DNA of 64,000 nucleotides from assembly GCF_036321535.1 (NCBI RefSeq), contig NC_087437.1, positions 106,642,001 through 106,706,000 on the forward strand, written 5' to 3'. The position numbers were made by a program, and so were the translations under genes. Position 1 is the first letter of the stretch, and each line of letters begins with the position of its first letter. Under the pieces are notes generated by a model that searched no databases, was not told the origin of the DNA, and saw only the letters and a program-made list of their open reading frames with translations. Below are positions 1-11,191 of this stretch, piece by piece. This DNA is from Camelus dromedarius (lineage: Eukaryota).

Positions 1-752
1 ATTATTTGGCTTCTGCTTCTTTATTTTCTGTTATTGGGAGCCATCTTCTGGAAACATAAACATTTCACTGGAACTTTTTTGTTGTTTTGAGCTAAAATTC
101 ACCTTCTCTTCAATGCTGTCCTTTAGTCCAGCTCTGCCATATAGAGTAATGACACATGCACAGAGTGACTCTGTTGTCATCCACAGGACAAGCCTTCAGA
201 AGTTTTCAATCAGTTATTCCCAGTGTTCCCTTAGGCCTCTCTTCTCTTTTCTAACCTAAAAATCTGATTTTCTAAGCGGTGGCTTACAGGATATCATTGC
301 CAGATCCCTTATGATGACCTTCAGATGTATTTCTTTCTGCAAATGAATGTATTCTATTTATCTATTCATTCAACAAATAGTTAATGAGTACCTACTAAGT
401 GGAAGAAGATAAAAGAAAAACTAGTAAGTAACAAGAAAATATAGAGTGTGGTACATAGTGATACAGGCTATGGAAAAAAATTAAGCAGAATTAAGGGGAG
501 ATGGAGAATATGTGTTTGGTTAGGAGGTCTGAGGCTTGGTAGAGGAATAACCTCACTGAAGGTGATGTTCGTGCAAACATATAAAGGAAATGAGAGAAGG
601 GCTTGCAACTGTCTTGGGGCAAGGGGATTCCAACACAGAGAATAGCTCCCGAAGCAGGAGCGAGCCTGCCTGTTTGAAGAGCAGCAATATGGTGCTTGAG
701 GCGCTAGGGGAGGGAAGGAGGGGGATCGCGATAGGAGGTGAGATCGGGAGGT

Positions 753-1149
753 TGTTAGCGGCTGAGCTGTGTCCTTACCTCCCCCACCCCCAGATTCATA
801 TATTGAAGTCTTAATGCCCAGTACCTCAGAATATGACTGTGTTTGGAGATAGGGGCTTTACAGAGGTCATTAAGTTAAAATGAGATCTTCAGAGTGGGTT
901 CTAATCCAGTGTGACTGGTGTCCTTGTAAGAAGAGGTTAAGACACAGACACACACAGACGGGAGGCCATGTGAAGACATGGGAAAGACGACCGTGTACAA
1001 GCCCAGGAGAGAGACCTCAGAAGAATCCAACCCTGGGGACACTTTGATCTTGGACTTCTAGCCTCAAGAACTGTGAGAAAATACATCTCTGTTGTTTAAG
1101 CCACTCACACTGTGGTACCGTGTTATGGCAGCTCTAGCAGACTAACGCA
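753..1149 (+). mobile_element. MaLR solo LTR, MLT1B-like
   Basis: TG...CA termini, 397 bp. Typical MLT1 motifs (CCCAGTACCTCAGAATATGACTGTGTTTGGAGATAGGG; CTGTTGTTTAAGCCAC). Perfect 5-bp TSD GAGGT at 748-752 and 1150-1154. Confidence 0.9.
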
Positions 1150-1584
1150 GAGGTGAAAAGGACCAGACAGTGCAGGACCTTGAAAACCACCGTGAGTCCT
1201 TTGAGTGCCGTAGGAGCCAGTGCGGGGCTCCCAGCAGAGTAAGAGCGTGATTTGGTTCATGTTTCAAAGGGATCACTCTGGCTTCAGTATAGAAAGGAGT
1301 CCATAAGGAGGCCAGGAAAGAAGGAGGAAAGTCAGGCAGGAGACTATTGCAAAAATTTACATGAGAGTGGGAGGTGGTGAGACGAGAAAAGTTTTGGAAT
1401 GTATTTTGAAGTTTGAGCCCAAATGACTTTCTCATGGATTGGATTTGTGATGTGAAAGAGAAAGGACTCAAGGATGACCCAAAGCTTTTGGCCATAGCAA
1501 CTGGAAGAATGGAGTTAACATGCACGGAGGTAGGAAACCCTGTAGCAGTGGCGAGTTCTAGAGGGGAGGACAGGTGTTAATGGG

Positions 1585-1872
1585 GAAAACAGATTTACAG
1601 TCATAGAAAAGAAACTTATGGTTACTGGGCGGAAAGAAAGGGGAGAGGGGTAAATTGGGAGTTCAGAATTTACAGATGTTACTCTATATATAATAGATAA
1701 ACAACAGGGTCCTACTGTATAGCACAGGGAACTCTATTCAATATCTTGTAATAACCTATAATGAAAAAGAATATGAAAAGGAATATCTATATGTATATGA
1801 CAGAATCACTATGCTGTACACTGGAAACTAGCACACCACTGTGAATCAGTGTACTTCAAACTAAAAAGAAAC
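1585..1872 (+). mobile_element. 5'-truncated cetartiodactyl-type L1 3' UTR
   Basis: Diagnostic 3' UTR string TAGATAAACAACAGGGTCCTACTGTATAGCACAGGGAACTCTATTCAATATCTTGTAATAACCTATAATG, ending in an A-rich tail. Confidence 0.85.
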
Positions 1873-2248
1873 TTAAGGTGCCTACTCACCTTTGAGCTTG
1901 AAATACTGACTAGCTTGTTGAACGTGCGAATTTAGAATTAAAAGTTGTGGTCAGGGTAAAGATACAGATGGTACTGAATGAGCTCATTTAGGATGTGATC
2001 CGGCAAAAAGAGAAGACTTCGGATTGAGCCCTGGTGTGCTTGGAAATTTCAAGGTTGGTAAGATGAGCAGGAATTAGGAAAGCAAGCAGAGAAGGAAGAG
2101 GAGGGGAAGTCAGAGGAGGCTGGGAGAGTGGTTTCCAAAAAGCCAAGTGAAGGAAGTGTCAGGAAAGTGTTTCATGAGGAGAGAGGGATTACTGGGGTAC
2201 CAGCTGCAGGTACACCCAATGTGATAAGGACCTTACGGATCTGGTGAT

Positions 2249-2671
2249 TGCTGGAGGAGGTCATTGAGAGGACGCGACTGCAGGTTGACCCGTAAGCTGG
2301 ACCCGGGGAAATAGGGCTCCTTACCCGCTCCGTGTCTTTGGAGTGTACGTTCCACCCACTGTTCCCACAGCAGGAGCTGTTCCAAGGGCACAGCCTTGAG
2401 AGAGCAAGGTGCTGTTGAGACCATTTCGTCCGTGTATGTGACTGAACCCCGTCAAGCCCTATATATAACCTTTGAAGATTCTGGTGGGCAGGTGCAGAAA
2501 CCTACTCATTTCTTGACCGAAGACAAGCCTCATGTAAGATCTCTTGCTTGTTAAATCTGCCCCCTGCCAATCCGGAGTGTTCTGTCTCTTTCTTTGGCCT
2601 CTCCCTGCCCTCCATGTGTGGGGGCTAGTTTCAGATTTCACTCAGGAAGCTCCCTAGGGTGCAGCCCAGTG
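2249..2671 (+). mobile_element. Solo LTR, lineage-specific family A, copy 1 (5-bp TSD, ERVL-like class)
   Basis: Homologous to 39034-39466 (-) and 54398-54807 (+). TATA-like TATATAA near 2460. TSD GTGAT at 2244-2248 and 2672-2676. Confidence 0.85.
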
Positions 2672-3046
2672 GTGATGGAGAGGTCACTGGTGATGCTGAC
2701 TTGAGCTGGTTTAGGGGATGGGGGAGACAGTATGACTGGCAGGAGTTTAAGAGACAGACGGAGAGAGGAATTTGAATCAGTAATTATAAAAATATTCTTC
2801 TGAGGCTTTTGGTTGTAAAAGGGGCAAAGAAACTGATAACTAAAGGGGAATACCAAGAAAGGGTTTTGTTTTTAATGGAAGATACTACAATGTATGATTT
2901 TGCTGAGGGGAATGATCCAGTAACAACGGAAAATTGACAGAACAACAGAGAGGGGCTGATCGCTGAAGCAGCATCCTGGAGTAGGTAAGAGGGAACGGCA
3001 CACGGAATAAAGTGGAGGATCTGGTCTCAGGTGGGGTACCATCATC

Positions 3047-3253
3047 TAGGCCTGTTTTGCCCCGTACAGTAGCCATTAGCTACATGGCTATTTCCATTTA
3101 AATTAATTTAAAATTAAATAAAATTATACATGTAGTTCCTTAGTTGTGCTACCCTGAGAGCAAGTGCATGATAGCCACAGGTGGCTAGTGGCTGCGGTAG
3201 TTTACAGCCCCAACATAGAGCATTTTGATCAGAAAGTTCTGTTGGACAGCCTG
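3047..3253. mobile_element. hAT-Charlie MITE, MER3-like
   Basis: GTAGCCATTAGCTACATGGCTATT ... ATAGCCACAGGTGGCTAGTGGCT internal palindrome; ends AGAAAGTTCTGTTGGACAGC. Confidence 0.8.
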
Positions 3254-3591
3254 AGCTGCAGTAATGAGGGAAGGTGGACGTATATATAGCTACATATGCA
3301 GGCAGGTGGGTGGGTGGGGTGGAGGGAGCTTTGTGCAAGGTCTGCATTAATGTCTTCTATTTTCTTGCTTAAACAGGAAGCAAAGTCAGAGAGAGGATGG
3401 AGGAGAAAGATGTTTCTCTAGCAGATAAAGATAGTGATGGACAAGGGGAAAATGGTAGGATTGCTGGGCAGCTTTAAGTCCACTCTAGATAGTCCTTGAG
3501 GAGACCAGCCAGCACACTGTGTTTTTCCCCGGCCATGTTTGCTAACACGGGTGCAGCGTTGGAGTAGGTGGAAGGCTGGATCTGGCTTAAT

Positions 3592-3769
3592 GAGTGGTTA
3601 TCAATCCCAGCTGCACGTTAGAATCACCTGAGTGAGCTATTAAAAAGTTCAGATGCCTTATCCCCACAGCAGATGATCTGACTGAACATTCTGAAAATAA
3701 GAACTGGGCACTTATCTATTTAAAGCTCCCAAGGTGATTCTTGTGCACGGATGTGTTTGAGAACCACTG
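3592..3769. mobile_element. hAT-Charlie MITE, MER5B-like
   Basis: AGTGGTTATCAA...TTGAGAACCACTG inverted ends, with AGAATCACCTG / AGGTGATTCT internal inverted pair. Confidence 0.75.
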
Positions 3770-3989
3770 ATTTAGAGCAAGAAGGTGAAGGAAATATGTG
3801 AAGAAGAGTTGAGGAATAGGGAATTTGGGGCCATGGGTTCCACAATGAAAGGGGTCAGGATTTGTGGAGGACAGGAGTTGGGATCAGGTTGAGGGTATTC
3901 AAGGCTGATGGGAGATGAGGGATGAGCTTATGGGGTGACTAAAATAAACCAGGTAAAAATCAAACAATAGGATTTGCCACTCTGGTCTG

Positions 3990-4290
3990 AATCAGTGCAG
4001 TCAGCAGAAATACCATGCAAACCACATAGATAATTTAAAACTTTTTTTTGTAGCCACATTTAGAAAAGAGAACTTAACTTCAGTAATACATGTTTGTTAC
4101 TCACTATATGTACAATATTATTGTAACATGAATCATTATAAAATGTACGAGTGAGATACATGGCATCCTTTTTAAAATACTTTGTCTTCAGATTTTGGTG
4201 TATATTTCATACTTCCAGTACATCTCAAGTCAGAGCAGACACATGTCAAGTACTCAGTAGCCACTTGTGGCTAGTGGCTACCCAGCAGAA
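3990..4290. mobile_element. hAT-Charlie MITE, MER33-like
   Basis: TAGCCACATTTAGAAAAG ... CAAGTACTCAGTAGCCACTTGTGGCTAGTGGCTAC. Confidence 0.7.
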
Positions 4291-4727
4291 CTTGTGGGTC
4301 TGGGTGGGGTGATGAGGCTGTAAATTTTGGGTGATTTCTATGGGACATCCTTTTCATAATACAAACATACTGTAATAAATACCATATTAAATATCTATTT
4401 GTACATATATATAGGTATATATAGCCCTTTTTTAACTCGACATTCCCCTCTCACTATCACAAAATCCTCAAAAGAGTTTTCTATATTCGCCTACTTATAT
4501 TCCTCTCCTCCTAATCTCTCTTGAATTCACTTCCATCAACTCTGTCTTCACCATGCCCTGAAAGTCTTTGTCGGAGTCATCACTGTGATATCTGTATGGC
4601 TAAATCCCATCCTGGGTGGCGTTCCCAGGAACACTAAGAGCTCTGGAGGCCTTTTGACGGAGATTTGGAGGTCAGGGCATGGACTGTCCTCCTAGGGTGC
4701 GCAGGATCAATCACAGACTACAGTTTA

Positions 4728-4883
4728 TGTGCGCCAAGTTTGCATCAACTCTTTTAGTAAAGTTCTTTTGGTTCATAGAATGGTTTAAAAGATTCCAAGT
4801 TTTTTTGTGCGCCAAGTTTGCATCAACTCTTTTAGTAAAGTTCTTTTGGTTCATAGAATGGTTTAAAAGATTCCAAGTTTTTT
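4728..4883. repeat. Perfect tandem duplication, 2 x 78 bp
   Basis: 4728-4805 and 4806-4883 are identical base for base; also visible as duplicated peptides in ORFs 4679-4954 and 4711-4893. Confidence 0.95.
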
Positions 4884-5181
4884 TTCCCCCCAAATTAACC
4901 TTTCATTTCAAGCCATGTCTTTCTCATTCTATATACTTTAATGATTATTTTTAGAAAACCCAAATTCAAAACCTTAGCATTATTTATTTAATAATTGATT
5001 ACTTTATTTTAAGATTGTAATTTTGTGATTATATTATTGTCATTTGTATATCTAAGAATAGAATATAGGTAATTTAAAAATTATTTTGGTAAAATTGTTT
5101 TATTGTCTCTTCTATTGAGATAATTTTTTGGATGGATTTTATTTATTACCTTACATCTACAATTTAATTTGAGTTAAAATG

Positions 5182-5490
5182 CAGTCATCCCTCAGTATCC
5201 ACAGGGGACTGGTTCCAGGAACATCCCTCCCCTCCAGGATACCAAAATCCTCAGATACTCAAGTCAGTTATTTCAAATAGCATAGTATTTGCATGTAACC
5301 TACAAGATTACTTTGAGTATCTGATACAATGTAAGTGCTATGTAAATAGTTGTAAATGCAATGTAAATACTTCGCAAATTCAAGTTTTGCATTTTGGAAC
5401 TTTCTGGAACATTATTTTCCCCAAATATTTTCAGTCCTCCCTTAGTTTAATCCATGGACGTGGAACCCACGGATTCGGAGGGCACGACTG
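5182..5490. mobile_element. TcMar-Tigger non-autonomous element, MER2-like
   Basis: TIRs CAGTCATCCCTC...GAGGGCACGACTG followed by TA; MER2-type interior (GGATACCAAAATCC, CATAGTATTTGCATGTAACCTAC). Confidence 0.85.
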
Positions 5491-5749
5491 TACAAGCAAC
5501 AAATAAAAATAACCTATTTCTGCTACTGTGTGATAAGACTTTCCACTGTGAACGTGAAGCTGGTGAAACTCTATGTCATTGCATTCTCCAGCTTTTCATA
5601 CAGCTGGTACTTTGCAACGCTTACTGTCTGTGAAGCCCCAACACATGTAAGACTCCCCTGCAAACGGCAGAAAATCAGACTATCAATAATCATCTTATTG
5701 ACCTCTCACTCCCCACACTGGAGCCTCGATGTTACAGAATTTTTTTTAA

Positions 5750-6540
5750 CAGATTTATAAAAATAATAAAGGCAATGGAAACCCCTGAGCCTGCTCCAAG
5801 TTGGAATAGCATTCCAAAGAATTCCACACCGTAATAGGTTACATGATTGTAAAGCATTAGTGTTATTAGCTTGCCCAAACGCTCATACCTGACCTTAAAC
5901 TTCTGGTGCACTATGCATTTTATTTGGATGAAAAGTAAATGTGGAAGAGGTTCTCTGTGTTCCATCTATAAGCCACATGCTGAGACACTGATCTCTTACT
6001 GGCTGTTAGGTGATGCAGATGATTGTTTCTTAATACAGAGATAATTTAAAAATCTCACTTCATATACAGTATTCCTTGGGGTCACCTCAAAATTTGATAT
6101 GCTTGCCTTGGGCAGCTTTATGTAAGTTTGTGAAGACAGAGCTACTAAGGACCCATCAGTTAGAAGGTTTTTATTAAGGATGTCCAGCCAGGCATGACTA
6201 TATCTAATTATGTTCTTATCTAACCCAATATAGCTTGTCCATAAAAGTGTCACGAGACTCTTAGTCATATGTTCTGTTAAAGTCCAAAACTGCCAGGCCA
6301 GCCACGCTAATCTAATAGAGGTTAGTCTGGCATGCATTTCCCAGTGAATCTGTGCCAACTTCAGCTTCCAGAGATTCCTGCTTCTTTTCCTGTGGGTTCT
6401 CATGCCAATTTTTTAATAACCTGGACTATACCCTTACCCTCATTTATGTGGAGGTGATCTTTTCTTATTTTCTGGTGTTGATGTTCCTGACTTTGGAGGA
6501 GAAAGTGAAGATAGAGATGGTAGTAAAGCTGGCTTTGACT
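5750..6540 (-). mobile_element. CR1/L3 LINE relic (reverse-transcriptase region)
   Basis: Minus strand reads CATGCCAGACTAACCTC (C-Q-T-N-L), then LDFNRTYD*ESRDTFMDKL and GLDKNIIRYSHAWL. These match CR1 ORF2 motifs SCQTNL / LDFSKAFDKVSHDILVDK / GLD..TVRWIHSWL. Frameshifted and contains stops. Confidence 0.75.
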
Positions 6541-6779
6541 TATTGGACTTGAACTTAGTATTCTAGGGTATTATAAGCAAGAAGGAGCCTGCATTTCATG
6601 GAGGATCAAATGACAAGAAACTGGACAGTCTACTTCCAAAACTACCAAAGAGGGACGGATGGAGGACAGCGTCTAGATAGAAGGGCACCAAGAAAAATGG
6701 AAAAGAAGCGAGAAAGAGTGTCCTCAGACATCCTCACGTGACAAAAACAAGGATGAAGATTAGGGAATAAACCACAAGT

Positions 6780-6960
6780 GATGCCATTGATATCTGGGTA
6801 CCAATGCTCATAGTGTAGGACATAAGAAGTCTGCTACCTTAACACAGGGAAGTAAATATGGCTTTAGAGGTGTTGGTGTTGGTGGCATAGGACTGACAAA
6901 TAGAATTAGGAACAAAAGCATGGGTTGTTTTCAAAAGGAACTGACCTGGGAGGATGCTGG
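6780..6960 (+). mobile_element. Possible CR1/L3 endonuclease-region fragment
   Basis: TTGGTGGCATAGGACTGAC ... GTTTTCAAAAGGAACTGACCT resembles the CR1 EN motif TWWDRTHDW...LFKRNR; highly diverged. Confidence 0.35.
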
Positions 6961-7254
6961 CGCTTGCTCGGCTAGAACAAGATTTAAAAGCTCCGCCTTC
7001 AAGCAGACAGCTTGAGTGGTCCTAGACCCAGGAGAGCTGTGTCGTCGCGCAGGTCATTAGGGCAGGATTTTAAACAGTCTCGCATCCCTGTTCCCACACT
7101 GGAACGCCAGATCAGGTTGTTTGTCTTTATCAGACAGGCCATACTTTCCTTCCTTATTCTCTTATTCTGGTTTTATGCGTTTCTGTCCACCACGCTAGAC
7201 CCTGAGGACACAAATTGGTGAACAGAGTACAGATCTTGTAAATCACACACATAC

Positions 7255-7430
7255 CTTAAACCTGGGCCTGTCAATTCCCACATAGTGACAACGTGGCAAT
7301 TAGCTAAGCTCAGTCCCATATCATCCTCTATAAAATGAAGTAATACAGCCTACTTCCTGGAGTTACGATGGGGCTTAGAGATGACATATGCGAAGCACTT
7401 GGCGCGTAATGGGCATGCAATAAATGCTAG
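7255..7430 (+). mobile_element. MIR SINE
   Basis: CTCAGTCCC...TCTATAAAATGAAGTAATACAGCCTAC... AAGCACTTGGCGCGTAATGGGCATGCAATAAATGCTAG (MIR core and L2-like tail). Confidence 0.65.
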
Positions 7431-7717
7431 TTTGGTATTGAAACTGTCCGTGTGGCTTGGACAAGGACTTTTTAATATGGTTCAGCTGGTTAGTATATAC
7501 AACCGCAAAAAAGAAGATTTCACAATGTAAAAGCTGGCTAACACAGGCTGAGTAATAATGAGCTCTGACTGGGGCCTTGGAAGTTGGCTGGGTAGAAATG
7601 AGGTCCTCAGTCTGGGACATCTTCAGCAAATGCCTGAAATGAAATGAATCTCTTTAGCATACTGAGAGAATTCTCATGGACCGCCTTTAGTCTGAGATGT
7701 TTCTCTCTCTCTCTCTC

Positions 7718-8310
7718 TCTTAATTGAGGTATAATTCACATACCATACAATTCACCTCGAAATGTAACTCAGTGATTATTAGTATATTCACAGATACGTG
7801 CAGCCATCACCACAGTCCATTTTAGAACACTGCATCACCTCTAAAAGAAACCCCATATCCTTTACCTGTCACACCTCCCATCCTGCCTCCCCTCCCCACA
7901 GCACTAAGCAGCTGCAGATCTACTTTCTACCTCTATAGATTTCCCTGTTCTGGACATTTCATATGAATGGAATCATATGACGTGTGATCTTTTGTAACTG
8001 GTTTCTTTCACTTAGCGTAATGTTTTCAAGGTTTATCTATGTGGTAGCATCTATCAGTCCTTTATGGCCAAATCATTCTCCATTGTATGTATCTATATAT
8101 CTATATCTATATCTATATCTGTATCTGTATCTATATACACACACCACATTTTGTTTATCCACGTGTCAGTTGGTGGACGTTTGGGTTGTCTCCTGCCTTT
8201 TGGCCATTATGAATTCTGCTGCTGTTAACATTAACGTACAACTTTTTGTGTGAGGACTTAGGTTTTTATTTCTCTCACGTATATACCCAGGGCTGGAATG
8301 GCTGGATTCC
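7718..8310 (-). mobile_element. L1MB-type 3' end with (TATATC)n microsatellite
   Basis: TTAATTGAGGTATAATTCACATACCATACAATTCACC ... TTTCTTTCACTTAGCGTAATGTTTTCAAGGTTTATC; preceded by (CT)n. Confidence 0.85.
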
Positions 8311-8699
8311 AGCCTTCTCTGGTACTCCTATCACTGGGAAGGTTAAGAGTTAGTGATTCTATCCTCATCTCCCTAAAACATTTCCTTGTGATAATCCTAC
8401 ATATTCTGCATTTTATTCACTTAATTAATAATCACTGAGCAATTACTGCAAATCAGGCAATGTTTTAGGCACTGGGCAACTTTTTGATGGGCTCTTTAAG
8501 TTCTAGATTCTTCAAGATCTAGATGGAACCTGGCAGTAGGGTAACGGCATTTATCGGCAGACGTAGTTGTAGACTGCCTTGTGCAGGAAAACAAAAATAG
8601 CAGCCGACCTGCATCTTCCTTGGTTATCTAAATAAACTATCATCGTTTCTTAGCTCTTCTTATAACCTCTTATACCTCCGCTTATCTGTACATCCATAT

Positions 8700-9040
8700 C
8701 TGTATTCATTAATCTGCTCCTCCATTCACTCAGTACAAATTTATTAAGCACCTACACACTGTCAATCACTATACCAGACTTAGTGGATTTAAAGATAAGA
8801 CAGGCACCTCTTGTTGGAGAGAAGGTACGTAAATAAGTTGTTATAATAATACAATATGGTATTGATGAGATGTTCCTAACCCATCTTGGGGTCCCTGAAG
8901 AAGGCTGTAAAACTGTACAGCGTGGATATAGAGACAGGCTAGGCTGAGGTGGGGAACTTTCCAGGAAGAGGGAACAGTGCAAGCTACAGAAATAAGAAAT
9001 TATCATTGTGGTGTAGTAGTTCTGGGTCATAAAGTGCCTC
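8700..9040 (-). mobile_element. L2 3' fragment
   Basis: CATTCACTCAGTACAAATTTATTAAGCACCTAC antisense L2 tail. Confidence 0.6.
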
Positions 9041-10789
9041 TGAGATAAAGAATCTTCAAAGGGGAAATATAATTACTTAATATGTAGCCTGCCAGTGAGA
9101 AGTAATGAGAGAAAAATGATTGTGCAGTAATTTATAATAGCTCACTAAATAGCTGTGTGACATCAGATAAGCTGTTAACCTCTCTGTGCCTCATTTGTCA
9201 TCAAATGTTGAGTGGGAAATAGATTTTGTGAGTATCTCCTTTCTAAAGTGACACATAAATTGCTAAAAAAAAAAAAAGTCCTAAAGAACTTTCTGATATT
9301 GTCCCCAATATAGCCAAGACTTGGACAGATAAAACTATATGAGATGAGGGAGATATGTCATAGGTGAGATTTCAGATTAAACCAATTGAAGTGAAAAACT
9401 CTGAAAAAAGGAAACATGAGTTTCAAATCTGGCTTGGTGCTCCAGGAGCGCTGACTGCCTAGAGAAGAAACTTCCCAACCCCAAATGCGAGTCTGCGCTT
9501 ATCCTTTCCAGACTCCGCCCTCCATGACTCATGAGAAGGGCACTCCTTATATCTGACCTCACATCCTCTCCTAATGGTTGTTCTGGAACCCTTGGCGCAT
9601 CTCTGCAGATGTGGATTGCAAGCCTTTGTAGCCATCCCATAGTCTTCACAGTACTCATTTCTTCCCAGGTAAGGTGGTTGCTGTGTTCTCCTGTAAAATT
9701 TGGGTATTTCTAGGTCCTCAAAATCATATATATACCAGGCTCCATCAGGGCCTGCCTCACATTTTACTCTTAGATGTATAGTAGTAGCAGTCACTGGTTC
9801 CCCCTTCCTCTTTGAAAGCTACATGTCTTTATCTTTGACCTTCATTTACTGCCTCTCGCTTAAGGCAGCCAGACAACAAGCAAATAGAAGAGAAAGAGCC
9901 TGACATTCCAAGTGCCGCAGCAGCCCTCTCAGCTGGGCACAAGCCAGCATCCGGAGCCTGTGCTGTCAGCCATTCCTCTGTCCTGATAAAGCAACAAGGA
10001 AGACTGGGCAGTAGTCCTGATGCCTGTACAGAACTATCCCTCATCACGGGCTCAGTCATCAGTGTACGCAAACACAAGAGGGAAGGAGAAGGGGCTGCTT
10101 CTGACTCTTCCACTCACTGGGTCCACCTGAGAGCTAGTCTTGCTTCTTTAATAGTCAGTCCAGTGAATGAAGAACAAGCAGTCTATGGCATGGGAAAAAA
10201 ATGAACAAGGAAAAGGGGGTGATGAATCCTGCAAGACGCTAAATGTAAGGGGCAGAGAAGGAAAGGATGGAGACACACTGTGATATCAGAGAACAGGCTT
10301 CAGTGAAGGGACTAGGGCCTATGTTCCCAAGTTGCTGTGGGATCGTACAGTCATGCCCTCTCCCGTTCAGTGCTCCTTGGGAAGGGCCCTGGCTAAAGCC
10401 GGCCCACTGCCCTTAATGAGGGGAGATCCTACCCTCGTGAAAGGAAAACCTCTGCCTGTGCTCGTAAATCTGCTCTGACTTACGTGGTACAGAAGCTTCC
10501 TAAATTACTGCCATTGGTGAATACACATTTGAAAGTCATTTGAATTTTTTTTTCTTTTATGAAATAAAACTTGGCATAAGCGACTTACACAGTGTCTATT
10601 GCTCATGGGATGCAATGTCCAGAACTGAATTCCTAGGGTAGGCTGCACTTGGATTTTAAGATTTTATTACGAGTACCACTTTAGCTTTTTTTTTTTTTTT
10701 TTTGGTCAAATTAAATATCAGAAAAAAATATCCTCTGGGAGGCTAGCATCCTGCCTGTCCCCTTCACCCTCCCCACCCCCAGCTACTTG

Positions 10790-11191
10790 GTGTGTGTTAG
10801 CTTTGAAAGGCCACAGCTGCCCCAGTTGCTAGAGAACTGACTTCCACAGATGGAGGCCATCTAACTGGAAGTTGCCTGGGGGAAACACCCCTCACCCCCA
10901 AGCAGGGGCAGCACACACCCGCTTGGCTGATAAAGAAATAGGAAAGTCTTGCTCCTTTGCCTTAAGTTGGGACAACATTTGTGGTGTCACTCTTGTTCCA
11001 AAACTCTCTGTGGGATCAGGCTGAGACCAGGCTTAGCGGAAATCACATCTTTGCTTTGCTTCGCCCCGTGCGCTGTCCTATTTCCTTCACTGACTTGCAG
11101 GTTTCTCCTGAAACACTCACTCCCTCAAAGAATCAGTGACATAAGGCTCCCTATCTCAGGCTCAGCCTCCTGTGAACTTAAACTAAGACTA
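10790..11191 (+). mobile_element. ERVL solo LTR, LTR16-like
   Basis: CTTGCTCCTTTGCCTTAAGTTGGGACAAC...GGGATCAGGCTGAG... ending ATCTCAGGCTCAGCCTCCTGTGAACTTAAACTAAGAC. Confidence 0.7.

Larger units (their letters stand above)
355..3560 (-). mobile_element. LINE-2 (L2) relic, fragmented by later insertions
   Basis: Starts with reverse-complement L2 3' end (TATTCATTCAACAAATAGTTAATGAGTACCTACT). Purine-rich antisense-L2 sequence resumes after each insertion (1150-1575, 1875-2245, 2677-3045, ~3260-3560). Boundaries approximate. Confidence 0.75.

Noticed and set aside
4679..4954. ORF with a 26-aa repeat
   Set aside because: By-product of the 78-bp DNA duplication; no coding features.
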